64,000 nt of DNA from a virus: IMG/VR virus record IMGVR_UViG_3300044645_002525, positions 13,139 to 77,138 of that record. One strand, written 5' to 3'. Within the stretch, counting starts at the first letter, position 1. Every line of letters begins with the position of its first letter. The notes under the pieces are model-generated. The model did not search any database. It was given only the letters and a program-made list of their open reading frames with translations, and had not been told where the DNA came from. Positions 10,069 through 18,867 of the stretch are shown here, in pieces. The position numbers and the translations under genes are program-made.

Positions 10069-10602
10069 ATGGAGAGGCGCTGGCATTACGTCTACTACTC
10101 GTACGAGGAGTGGGGCCGAGGCTATATTGGCAAGCGCTCATCCAAGGTTCCGCCAAGCCAAGATCCATACATGGGCAGCTTTAAGGACAAGACTTTTAAG
10201 CCTACAAATAAAATTGTTCTCGGTGTTTTTGATACGGCAGAAGAGGCGTTAAGACACGAAGTAATACTTCATGATTTTTACGAAGTAGGCAAAAATCCGC
10301 ATTTTGCAAATCAAGCCAAGCAGACTTCATCTCGCTTTTGCTGGCATGGTGATTTGACAAAAGTGCTTACGCCAGCCGAAGAGCAGCAGCGCCGTTCAAA
10401 AATCTCGAAGAGTCAAAGGGCTGGATCGAAAGGTTTCTTCTATAAGCTTGTGTCCCCCAGTGGCAGTATTCATGTGACAATCAATTTAAGGCAATTTTGC
10501 AGAGACCATAAATTAACGCATCAAAATATAGACAAAGTTGCAAAAGGTGAACGCCGCCACCACAAGGGGTGGACGGCTAAACGGATGGAGCTAAAACGAT
10601 GA
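10069..10602 (+). CDS. GIY-YIG family homing endonuclease
   Basis: HYVYYSYEEWGRGYIGKRS...YMGS; C-terminal NLRQFCRDHKL...HHKGW DNA-binding module. Confidence 0.8.
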   Translation: MERRWHYVYYSYEEWGRGYIGKRSSKVPPSQDPYMGSFKDKTFKPTNKIVLGVFDTAEEALRHEVILHDFYEVGKNPHFANQAKQTSSRFCWHGDLTKVLTPAEEQQRRSKISKSQRAGSKGFFYKLVSPSGSIHVTINLRQFCRDHKLTHQNIDKVAKGERRHHKGWTAKRMELKR

Positions 10603-10883
10603 TGCTGCTCAAGAAAAGTGATGTGGATGTGCTTAAGATGCCTCATCAGCAAGCTCGTCTCCTGATTGCTTCTCGCATTAAAGAAGCCCGCCTTAATAGC
10701 GGGCTTTCTCAGAAAGACGTAGCTCAAGCTTTGCATACAAGTCAAAGCTCTTATTCACGAATGGAACGCGCTGAACTGGCTCCGGATTGCGTGCAAATTC
10801 GCACTCTCAGTGGTCTCTATGGAATAAGCGTATTGTGGCTGATGGGCTATCCCTCGTTCATTCTCAACACGCGAAGGGATTAA
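10599..10883 (+). CDS. XRE-family HTH transcriptional regulator
   Basis: RIKEARLNSGLSQKDVAQALHTSQSSYSRMER...SVLWLMG. Confidence 0.85.
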   Translation: MMLLKKSDVDVLKMPHQQARLLIASRIKEARLNSGLSQKDVAQALHTSQSSYSRMERAELAPDCVQIRTLSGLYGISVLWLMGYPSFILNTRRD

Positions 10884-11191
10884 TCCTCGTCCTCGTCATC
10901 ATCACGAAGGTCGCGAAGTTGATCTTCAATGCCCTCCATAATGTATGACTTCGCCATTGCCTCAATTTCAAACGTAAGAAACTTAGTCGGATCGAAATGA
11001 GGGTCGGGCTTTTCGTAGACGCTCATCACATAGATGTGAGTTTCATCGAGACGACCATTCTTGAAGCATTGCTTCTCCACTAGTTCCCATCGCGAAGTAT
11101 TGCGGTGTTCGTTAGCAGAAAGAATGGCCAAAGCCTGCATCACGCCAATACCTTCATCTTCTTGTTCGATGACGCGTACGTATTCGCTCAT
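10880..11191 (-). CDS. Hypothetical protein, acidic C-terminus
   Basis: ORF overlapping neighbours by 4 nt. Confidence 0.65.
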   Translation of the reverse strand: MSEYVRVIEQEDEGIGVMQALAILSANEHRNTSRWELVEKQCFKNGRLDETHIYVMSVYEKPDPHFDPTKFLTFEIEAMAKSYIMEGIEDQLRDLRDDDEDED

Positions 11192-11547
11192 TGGCCTGTA
11201 TTACGACTTTCTACCATCTTAATGATGCGTTTAGCCCATGCCCTCCCGGCATCTCCTCCCCATAGCAGCCAAGCAATATATCCAGCATCGTTCTCTCCAC
11301 CGCTTTTATTCTTCTCATGCCGAGAGAAGAATGCAGACATACGCTTGATTGTGGCATAGCTAATCTTGCTGCCACCAGCCAAATCACCAGCCCTGGCAAC
11401 GCCGCTACCAATACCTTGTTTGCCTGCCTCCTGCGTTGTTAAGCCGCCCTTGCCGTGCTTCTTGCGCAGTTCCAACCCTCGACGGGCAGCACTTCGCACG
11501 GCGGCGGGAGGGGAGAAACTCTCAGCATCTCCCCTCAGCGCTTTTTT
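11188..11547 (-). CDS. Head-module basic domain (RRGLELRKK...IAWLLWGGDAG), probably expressed by -1 frameshift from the upstream ORF
   Basis: Coding-like frame without its own ATG, open back to A-AAA-AAG at 11541-11547. Confidence 0.7.
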   Translation of the reverse strand, partial: KKALRGDAESFSPPAAVRSAARRGLELRKKHGKGGLTTQEAGKQGIGSGVARAGDLAGGSKISYATIKRMSAFFSRHEKNKSGGENDAGYIAWLLWGGDAGRAWAKRIIKMVESRNTGQ

Positions 11548-11789
11548 CCGCAGCTCCCATCCATTTCCTCTTCTTCTTCCTCTTCGCCAATCATCTCCTT
11601 AAAGAAGCCCATATAGTATTCGTCGCTCATGTCTTCTTTTGGCTTGCGCGTCATGCCAGCTTCAGACAAGGCAATTGCTAGTGCTTGCTTCGGACTCTTC
11701 ACGGCTTCGCCACTGCTGCTCTTCAGCTTGCCGCTTTTGTATTCGCGCATCACCTTGGCAATTTTTGCCTGCTTTTCCTTCTTGGTCAT
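11535..11789 (-). CDS. Small basic protein (DUF6496-like)
   Basis: KIAKVMREYKSGKLKSSSG..VKSPKQALAIALSEA motif. Confidence 0.75.
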   Translation of the reverse strand: MTKKEKQAKIAKVMREYKSGKLKSSSGEAVKSPKQALAIALSEAGMTRKPKEDMSDEYYMGFFKEMIGEEEEEEEMDGSCGKKR

Positions 11790-11816
11790 AGCGCTAAATG
11801 CTTTCCTTAAGCATAA

Positions 11817-12533
11817 TCAATGGATGAATCCTATCGGAGCAGTGGCAATGTTCATGCCAGGGAAAAGCTTGTCACGATACAAAACCATGCCAGTGATGAG
11901 ACGCTCGGCAATAAAGGCCAACGCTCGCTTGTCATAGCCTCCAATACGAAGAAACTGCTCTTCGTGCTTATGCCAAATGGGAGCAAGCGCGACAAACAGA
12001 GCGCTCATGAATTGCTTGTATTGCACGTTGCCTCCTCGTGCCATATTGCAGCCAATAAAGCTATTTTGCTTCCAAATGGCATCAATTTCTTCGCGAGAGA
12101 AAATCCAACTCCCGGAATCGGCAAGTTCTCTAGTGATGACAGGAGCGTCAAAAGCTGAATGTCCACCATAAAACTGCTGCTCCAGCGTGCAATTGAACAG
12201 TGCAGGCTCGGGAAAATACAACGTATTTTCGTCGTACCATTGATCATTTGGCTCTAGCCAATTACGCCTGTATTGCGCATTGCCAATGTTTTTCTCATTC
12301 GCATTGAGAATCATCCAAGAAATACAAGACAGCTCTCCCCATCGGCTATTAAGCCGCGAAAGGGAAGCATTCTCATCATCAAACACATAGCCCTGTAAGC
12401 GGAGCGCTTCACGCTCCTCGCTCGACAAAGTATATGCTCCTCCCATAATGGGAACAATGGAAGAGCGGGCTTCATAGCGCACTTTCTCACCAGGAATGCA
12501 CACGGCATAGATGGTGCAATCAGACGGCTGCAT
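11817..12533 (-). CDS. DUF4422-like putative glycosyltransferase
   Basis: GELSCISW, IGNAQYRR, CNM, AFIAERL motifs. Confidence 0.65.
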   Translation of the reverse strand: MQPSDCTIYAVCIPGEKVRYEARSSIVPIMGGAYTLSSEEREALRLQGYVFDDENASLSRLNSRWGELSCISWMILNANEKNIGNAQYRRNWLEPNDQWYDENTLYFPEPALFNCTLEQQFYGGHSAFDAPVITRELADSGSWIFSREEIDAIWKQNSFIGCNMARGGNVQYKQFMSALFVALAPIWHKHEEQFLRIGGYDKRALAFIAERLITGMVLYRDKLFPGMNIATAPIGFIH

Positions 12534-13236
12534 ACACTTTCCTCGCGGACCAAAGCTCGTTGTAATTGTTCACACCTTTAGCGCCAAGACCAGTCAAGTC
12601 CCCGCCTCCTGCAGGCTTGCTCCAAGCCATGATCGTACCATCAGGCAAGACAAACCCTCTGTTCTTTTGACCATACGTGGGAGTGAGTTCCAGATAGTCG
12701 CCATAGACAAAATTGGCTTGACTTCCGTTAATAGCAAGCGCCTTGCCCAACAATGTTGGACCAGTGGGGCACAGTGGCGTGATGCCATAGTATTGCTCTT
12801 TGCAATTTGCCACAATCATTTCAATGGCAGTCTGCAAAGCTTGGTTATCAGGCTTGGAATAGAGCACAGTCGTAGCACACGCCCAACTGGTATAACTAAA
12901 GCGTTGAATATCGCGAAAGGCCAAGAATTCAATGCGGTCGCCAAGATCCACTGCATTAAAAGCCCTCACGCCAACATCAAAATACCAGCCACCAAGTTTG
13001 TTTAACAAGCAAAACCGCCCAAGATCTGCTTTGTAAGAAAATGGCACCAAGCAATCATATGCCCACACCACTTCTTCACCATAGTTCTCTGCAATAAAAG
13101 CACGCAGTGAAGCATCGCTGTAAATGACATGCTCCGCACTAGGGAAGCACGCATCAATGGTGCCAGTGGCGTGCTTAAGAAATGGGCTCAGCTCTTCCGT
13201 TGGATCAGTGGAAAGAAAGATTTGTGAAATCTGCAT
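12520..13236 (-). CDS. Glycosyltransferase, GT32/OCH1-like
   Basis: KADLGRFCLLNKLGGWYFDVG and TGPTLL motifs. Confidence 0.85.
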   Translation of the reverse strand: MQISQIFLSTDPTEELSPFLKHATGTIDACFPSAEHVIYSDASLRAFIAENYGEEVVWAYDCLVPFSYKADLGRFCLLNKLGGWYFDVGVRAFNAVDLGDRIEFLAFRDIQRFSYTSWACATTVLYSKPDNQALQTAIEMIVANCKEQYYGITPLCPTGPTLLGKALAINGSQANFVYGDYLELTPTYGQKNRGFVLPDGTIMAWSKPAGGGDLTGLGAKGVNNYNELWSARKVYAAV

Positions 13237-13241
13237 GGCGA

Positions 13242-14465
13242 TCAGGCGATTTTTGCGGGAGTGCCAAAGCCTTTAAATTCAGGCTCCGCAGGCTTGACAG
13301 CTAGTGTTTCATTCACTGCATCCTTGAGCTGCTGCTGAATATAGGGCCAAGTAAAGGGCTCTTCGTGGAGACGGTTATAGCACCATTGACCATGCTGCTT
13401 CAAAATGTCGCGATTCTCATAGTAATAAGTGAGGATATCGGCGGCGCACTCAGGGTCTGGCAATAATCGCTCAAGCCCATAGTTTCTGTCGGTTTCACTG
13501 GCATTGCATTCAATGCGAGGCATCTCATCAAAGATTTCAGCCAAGCTCGTATGATCAGGAACCACTTGCGCCACACCAGTGGCACCATGCTCTGAGTTGA
13601 CCAAGCCCCATCCTTCGCCAATGCAAGTGTTAATGCCAATATCAGCAGCGTTATACACTTGATTGAGTTGTTCAATGGGGAGGCAATTGCCCACTGAATA
13701 GTGCGGGCTTGTCAAAATAAGCTTGCCAGTGGCATCAAACCCTTCGTCACGTGCCACTCGCTTGAAGAGATCAATGATTGGCCAGCCAAGATCTTTTGCT
13801 CCCATGTTCAACCAAAGGCGAGCATCATCTTTGTCCTTGGCAAACTTGATAAAGGCTTTAATCGTCAGGTCAATGCGCTTTCTGGGTTGATTTCTGTTTC
13901 CGTTAAAGACAACAAACACATCGTCCGGTACTCCCAAGATCTTTCGACACTCCTTCTTGTCCATCGGGAAGAATTTGGTGAAGTCAGTGCCGTGACCGAT
14001 AATGCGAATGGGCTTTGTATAACCCATGATCTCTAGTTCTTTTTTAGCAAATTTGGTGTAAGTGGCCAAGCCGTCCCATTCCATCATTGGGGGAGTGAGA
14101 TTTGGGAACAATCCATACGAATCAATAGGAGTGTACACAAACCATTTGAAGCCAAGCTTCTCCCTAAGTGGCTTGGCATTTTCCCATAGACTCAATGCAA
14201 TCCAGATGTCGTTTGTAATCCATACCAGATCCGGCTTTATTGCTTGAATTACGCTCGCAATACGATGAGACCCAAAAGGATCATTCCCATGCGCCATTGC
14301 TGGATACATTTTGCAATGCTGCTGCATAGGAGAAGGGTCTCCGTGCCAGTTGGTGCATAACGCATGTACTTCATATTCCTCCGCGAGCGCTGGAATTAGG
14401 TATTCGGCAACTCGCCCAAATCCCGTTTGTACTCCGACATCACCTGCGTAGAGAATCTTTTTCAT
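13242..14465 (-). CDS. Glycosyltransferase family 4 (GT-B)
   Basis: TGFGRV, NRNQPRKRID, YNAADIGINTCIGEGWGL motifs. Confidence 0.9.
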   Translation of the reverse strand: MKKILYAGDVGVQTGFGRVAEYLIPALAEEYEVHALCTNWHGDPSPMQQHCKMYPAMAHGNDPFGSHRIASVIQAIKPDLVWITNDIWIALSLWENAKPLREKLGFKWFVYTPIDSYGLFPNLTPPMMEWDGLATYTKFAKKELEIMGYTKPIRIIGHGTDFTKFFPMDKKECRKILGVPDDVFVVFNGNRNQPRKRIDLTIKAFIKFAKDKDDARLWLNMGAKDLGWPIIDLFKRVARDEGFDATGKLILTSPHYSVGNCLPIEQLNQVYNAADIGINTCIGEGWGLVNSEHGATGVAQVVPDHTSLAEIFDEMPRIECNASETDRNYGLERLLPDPECAADILTYYYENRDILKQHGQWCYNRLHEEPFTWPYIQQQLKDAVNETLAVKPAEPEFKGFGTPAKIA

Positions 14466-14489
14466 AGGAATCACAAGACTCCCGCAATC

Positions 14490-15002
14490 TTAGTCCGTTT
14501 TTTCTTTGTAGTAAAAAGCCAGGTCTTGATCGCATCTAACAGCCTTCAATAATGCGTCCATAGCGGCTTCTCTGCTTGGAAATCTACCAAGTCTTTTACT
14601 GCGAATATATGCCCTCCAAGGATTTTTGATTGACGAAGGATCGAAAGAGACTCCCCTTGCACCACTCGTGTTGTCCGATCTCATCTTGACGTTTAACGTG
14701 TTCTGCTGCCTAGTGCATGCTCTTAAGTTGCAAGGGCGATTATCAGACGGGTTTCCATTTTTATGGTCTATTTCAAGGTCGCCAGGATCCATCCCATTTG
14801 ACAGAGCCCAAACGATTCGATGAATACCATAGCTATGCCCATCGATACTCACCACTCTGTAGCCCTTGTTCCATCGTCCTGCCACTTGACCTGGACGCAC
14901 CCTGTTACTGGTGGGTCTTTTCCAGATCAAGATTCCATCTTTTCTCAACGCAAGAAGATGTCGAATCCGACAAAGCGGAGGAAGTGGTTTACAGTGCAGC
15001 AT
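14490..15002 (-). CDS. HNH homing endonuclease with AP2-like C-terminus
   Basis: HRIVWAL...IDHKNGNPSDNRPCNLR...NTSGARGV. Confidence 0.9.
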   Translation of the reverse strand: MLHCKPLPPLCRIRHLLALRKDGILIWKRPTSNRVRPGQVAGRWNKGYRVVSIDGHSYGIHRIVWALSNGMDPGDLEIDHKNGNPSDNRPCNLRACTRQQNTLNVKMRSDNTSGARGVSFDPSSIKNPWRAYIRSKRLGRFPSREAAMDALLKAVRCDQDLAFYYKEKTD

Positions 15003-15071
15003 CGGCTCATTCTGGGTGAGTTGATCGCGGACTAGGAGCGGCAAACTCGCTAGTCCACCTCATTGTAACGC

Positions 15072-15785
15072 ATGACACGCAGCGCAATAATGGCACTTCC
15101 AGAAGGCTCAATTCGCTTTTGTATTAGTACGTGCAAGAAGTTTGCTCCACATACTATTCCCGTGATAATTCCCAGCTTGCTTGCTGCTGGACTAAAGCCA
15201 GAGGAGATTTTGATTGTCAATGGTGGGCAAACCGTCAGGGCTTTCACCAGCTACAAAGACGTGCCAATGCTGCTGACGCAGCAAAATTCCTTTGAATACA
15301 CGCCGCTCATTGAGATTGTTGAGCATTCAATGGAGAGTCCCTATTGGTTTCTCCTGCACGACACTTGCATTGCAGGCCCCACGTTTAGACAGCTCGCTTA
15401 CGAACCGCCAGTGGAGGTGCCAGAGAAAGTGGCAATGAAGCACACGCCTTCCATGAGCATCGGCCTTTACCGCTACGACTACCTTATGCGCCACAAGGAG
15501 CGTTTGATGGCCATCAAAAACTTGGATAGCTCGCCAGAAGCTCTGCAGCAATGGAAGCAATGGGGAGTGCCAAACGAGGACTACATGCTTTGGAAGCTCC
15601 AGGACGTGCCTTGCCACATCTATCATCCAGACAAGCATGGCCCGGACGAATGGAACTATCAAGGGCACGCAGATCCCTATGGCACTGGTATGCAGCGTCG
15701 TATCGAATACTTCCCTCAGCTAGAACTGGCCAAAGCCAAAAGCAATTGGCAAGGCGTACAGCCCCACCTTTGTATTGACATCTGA
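15072..15785 (+). CDS. Putative glycosyltransferase (GT-A-like)
   Basis: ILIVNGG, NSFEYTPL, WFLLHDTC pattern; context among glycosyltransferases. Confidence 0.5.
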   Translation: MTRSAIMALPEGSIRFCISTCKKFAPHTIPVIIPSLLAAGLKPEEILIVNGGQTVRAFTSYKDVPMLLTQQNSFEYTPLIEIVEHSMESPYWFLLHDTCIAGPTFRQLAYEPPVEVPEKVAMKHTPSMSIGLYRYDYLMRHKERLMAIKNLDSSPEALQQWKQWGVPNEDYMLWKLQDVPCHIYHPDKHGPDEWNYQGHADPYGTGMQRRIEYFPQLELAKAKSNWQGVQPHLCIDI

Positions 15786-16738
15786 TGAAGCGCATTGCAA
15801 TTATTGGTGGCGGCTGGGTGGGATGCCATTTGGCAATGGCTTTTCGCGATGAGGCGGAGGTGACGCTATACGAAAAGAACCATACGCTCATTTCAGAAGC
15901 GTCTTTCATCAACCAAAATCGGCTGCACTACGGCTACCACTACGCCAGGAATGCCGCCACTCGTCGATTGTGCGCTACCACTTTTGTGCGCTTCATGGAG
16001 GATTATGGCGATCTCGTTCATGATGTAGAGAATAATTACTACGCAGTGTCGGAAGATGAAAGTCTTCTTGATGCTGAAACCATTTCAATTATTTTCGGGA
16101 ATGGTCCGCATACCCAGTTAGATCCACAGATCTTTAGTCACACATCGCTTTTATTGGACACCTCCGAGAAGCGTATTGATGCCATCGGAGCCAATCTGTA
16201 TTTTCAATGGTGCCTAGAGTCGCTGGTCAAAAAGGAAAAGATTCAGCGATGCAATCTGCAAGCGCTAAAGCAGGATTACGACTTTGTTTTTGATTGCACC
16301 AACAACTCTCTCCTGGAGCCATTGTCTTCTCATTTCTTTGAAGCAGTGGCAATGTTCATCTATCGCCCCAAAAAGCCTCTTCCTTTTGGCGCTCTCACTT
16401 ACATTGACGGCGAACTATTTTCCATCTATCCATACAACGACAAATGCTTCTCGCTGAGTCACGTGAAGCATGGAATTATGCCTAGCAATTCGCTTGATAA
16501 TGCGGACGATGCAAGACGCAATATTGAGCAGCACGTAGAGCGCTACTGGACTGACTTTGCTGATAGCTTTGACTATTTATTCCCAACGCTTTCTATCAAA
16601 GCAAAAACCAAAGACAGCAGCGCCAATCGCACTCCGCTAATGCGCCAAGAAGACAATTTGTTTTCCTTCTTCACTGGCAAAATCCAGGGCATCTATGCCA
16701 TTGAGCAAATGGCAAGGCAAATTATCGCTCAGCCATAA
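15785..16738 (+). CDS. FAD-dependent oxidoreductase
   Basis: IAIIGGGWVG dinucleotide motif, ASFINQNRLHYGYHY, GKI near the C-terminus. Confidence 0.85.
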   Translation: MKRIAIIGGGWVGCHLAMAFRDEAEVTLYEKNHTLISEASFINQNRLHYGYHYARNAATRRLCATTFVRFMEDYGDLVHDVENNYYAVSEDESLLDAETISIIFGNGPHTQLDPQIFSHTSLLLDTSEKRIDAIGANLYFQWCLESLVKKEKIQRCNLQALKQDYDFVFDCTNNSLLEPLSSHFFEAVAMFIYRPKKPLPFGALTYIDGELFSIYPYNDKCFSLSHVKHGIMPSNSLDNADDARRNIEQHVERYWTDFADSFDYLFPTLSIKAKTKDSSANRTPLMRQEDNLFSFFTGKIQGIYAIEQMARQIIAQP

Positions 16739-17469
16739 AGCTGTCTAAACAAAGGATATTCACGATGATGCTTAGAGGCATTGGTTAGTTCGCGAGTGAT
16801 GCCATATTGATATGAACTTGCATTGAGAAGAAGCTTGATTTGTTTATGCTCATATTGATTAAGGATGGGACCATTGTCAGTGTCACTGATATGCACATGA
16901 GCAATGAAGCGGAAATAATGCTTGATAATTTTTGTGGGGCTATCTCCCTGAAGCCAAGCATTATTGGTGTCGAGCATCGTCTTTACATTGCGCAGATTAT
17001 AGAAATCAATGTGATTGACAATTTCTTCAACTGTATAAAAATACTTTCCACCGAATGCCTTGGCGATGGGTTCAATGCAAAGGATGGCGTCATTTGCTGC
17101 CAGAATTGAATCTATACGCTTGAGTGCTTCCATCAGGCTTGAGGGGCTTCCTCTGCGCAATGCAGGACTACCAAGAACAAAGCGCTTGATGCCCATCAGC
17201 GAACCAAGCTTCACCACTCGCAGCAAATGCTCTTGAGTGGCAGCAGTGTCTTCAAAGCTTTGCACTGCACTGTGGTAGAACAATGCCTGGGCCGAATATG
17301 CCCATAGTCCATAGTCTTCCCTGTAGCGCTTGGCAATATCGCCAAAGTCTTCGTTCCTGGCAAAGATGCGGGATGGCACTAATTCAATGAAATTGAAAGC
17401 GCCAGCATTGGCGCTCAAGATTTCATGCTCTTCCTCGTCCTTCCAGCCAATAGCACTAATTCCAAGCAC
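16729..17469 (-). CDS. Sugar phosphate isomerase/epimerase (TIM barrel)
   Basis: GISAIGW, VLGSP..R, CIEP, MLDTNN, HVHISD motifs. Confidence 0.8.
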   Translation of the reverse strand: MLGISAIGWKDEEEHEILSANAGAFNFIELVPSRIFARNEDFGDIAKRYREDYGLWAYSAQALFYHSAVQSFEDTAATQEHLLRVVKLGSLMGIKRFVLGSPALRRGSPSSLMEALKRIDSILAANDAILCIEPIAKAFGGKYFYTVEEIVNHIDFYNLRNVKTMLDTNNAWLQGDSPTKIIKHYFRFIAHVHISDTDNGPILNQYEHKQIKLLLNASSYQYGITRELTNASKHHREYPLFRQLYG

Positions 17470-18181
17470 TGATAAATTCCTCCATCTTCTTCAGAGTGGT
17501 TTCTTTGCTGGAAAAATATGGACCATAATTGTATTCAATGCGTGGCCCGCAATCAACGATTGTTTTTGCCCATGGGAACCACTTCTCAATAATTTCCAAT
17601 GTCTCAATGGGTTCCGAAAACCATTGATGCGTTCCTCCTTTTTGACACGCCTCAGTGTGAAGCCATAAGTCCCTTAAGTCGTACCATTGATAACAAGAAT
17701 TGGCATTGATCTTTTCGATGTTTTTGCCATTAAGAAGGTCAAATAAAACATTCTTTTTGATGCGCCGATGAAACAACGCGGGAAGACGAATGATGGTAAT
17801 TATGGACTCGGGGAAAGTGGCCTTAATTAGCAGCTCAAAAATGTATCGCGTGGAACCATAGTTAATGCCATGGATTTCCGGAAAGTTTTCCACATACTTA
17901 TAAGTTTGACTATAAACGTCGACAGTGGAATAGAGAACAATTTCCCTTGGTCTCCACAGCCTCATCTTTGTCAAAACGTGATACATATTATCGAAATCTG
18001 CCATCGGCGCTTGATTCGCCTTCCACTTCTCTGCTGGCAAGCAAGCCAAATAAAGCCTGTCGATATCCTGCTTTAATGATGGCGCTAAATGAATATTTTC
18101 GGAATTAAAAAGGTAGCCAAAGTCGTGATGCTCGCGCAGCACTCTTCCGATTAATCCTGTGCTTCCAACCAATACATCCAT
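17456..18181 (-). CDS. NAD-dependent epimerase/dehydratase-like protein
   Basis: VGSTGLIG, STVDVY, YG..R..FE, IIRLPALF, KKNVLFDLL motifs. Confidence 0.8.
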   Translation of the reverse strand: MDVLVGSTGLIGRVLREHHDFGYLFNSENIHLAPSLKQDIDRLYLACLPAEKWKANQAPMADFDNMYHVLTKMRLWRPREIVLYSTVDVYSQTYKYVENFPEIHGINYGSTRYIFELLIKATFPESIITIIRLPALFHRRIKKNVLFDLLNGKNIEKINANSCYQWYDLRDLWLHTEACQKGGTHQWFSEPIETLEIIEKWFPWAKTIVDCGPRIEYNYGPYFSSKETTLKKMEEFISAWN

Positions 18182-18183
18182 GC

Positions 18184-18867
18184 TCAAACCGCCACGACGG
18201 GCGCTTGTTGACGAAGGTATTGTACTCTGCACTTGCAATTGCTCATGCAAGCACAACGTTGCCCTGGCATGGGAAGGCTCCCAATGGAAACAGTGCCCCT
18301 CGATGCGTAACGCAAGCAATCGTCACAATGCTTCGCTTGAGGGTCAAGAATGCGTCGCATCAAGCTATAGCCTTGTTTTTCTTGGCGAATTGTAGCTCCT
18401 TCCCAATAAGTGCCCCTGAGAGCTGCAGCATAAAGGCCGACCCTACTAATAGCCATGGGAGTAGAAATGCTCCCAGCCAGAAGATCGCGAGCAAAACCCT
18501 CCAGATAACGGTATTCCGCACGAAGGCGTTGACCGATGCGGCCCCAATCCGAAGCCTGCATATTGTCCCTGCCACCATTGCCAATAATTGCTGCTTGTAC
18601 ATGTGCAAGCTTAAGCGCTTCCCTCACGCTTTCCTGCCATTGAACCAGCGTAATATCGCCGTTGCTAAGCATGTTTGTAAGACGACGTAGCAAAGTGCCA
18701 AGCTTGTTAATTCGACCATCAACCAAAGCTTCAACGGCAGACTGACTAAGGAAGCGTCCGTTACTTCCGCGATAACGGCCAGTAACGGGGTCGTAGCGCC
18801 ATGATGATTCATCAAGACGCAGTTCAAGAGCGGCAGCGAACGTTGATAGATCATTCAGGCCTTGCAT
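18184..18867 (-). CDS. Minor head protein (Mu gpF-like)
   Basis: C-terminal HCDDC...PGQRCACMSNCKC; follows the portal gene. Confidence 0.7.
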   Translation of the reverse strand: MQGLNDLSTFAAALELRLDESSWRYDPVTGRYRGSNGRFLSQSAVEALVDGRINKLGTLLRRLTNMLSNGDITLVQWQESVREALKLAHVQAAIIGNGGRDNMQASDWGRIGQRLRAEYRYLEGFARDLLAGSISTPMAISRVGLYAAALRGTYWEGATIRQEKQGYSLMRRILDPQAKHCDDCLRYASRGTVSIGSLPMPGQRCACMSNCKCRVQYLRQQAPVVAV

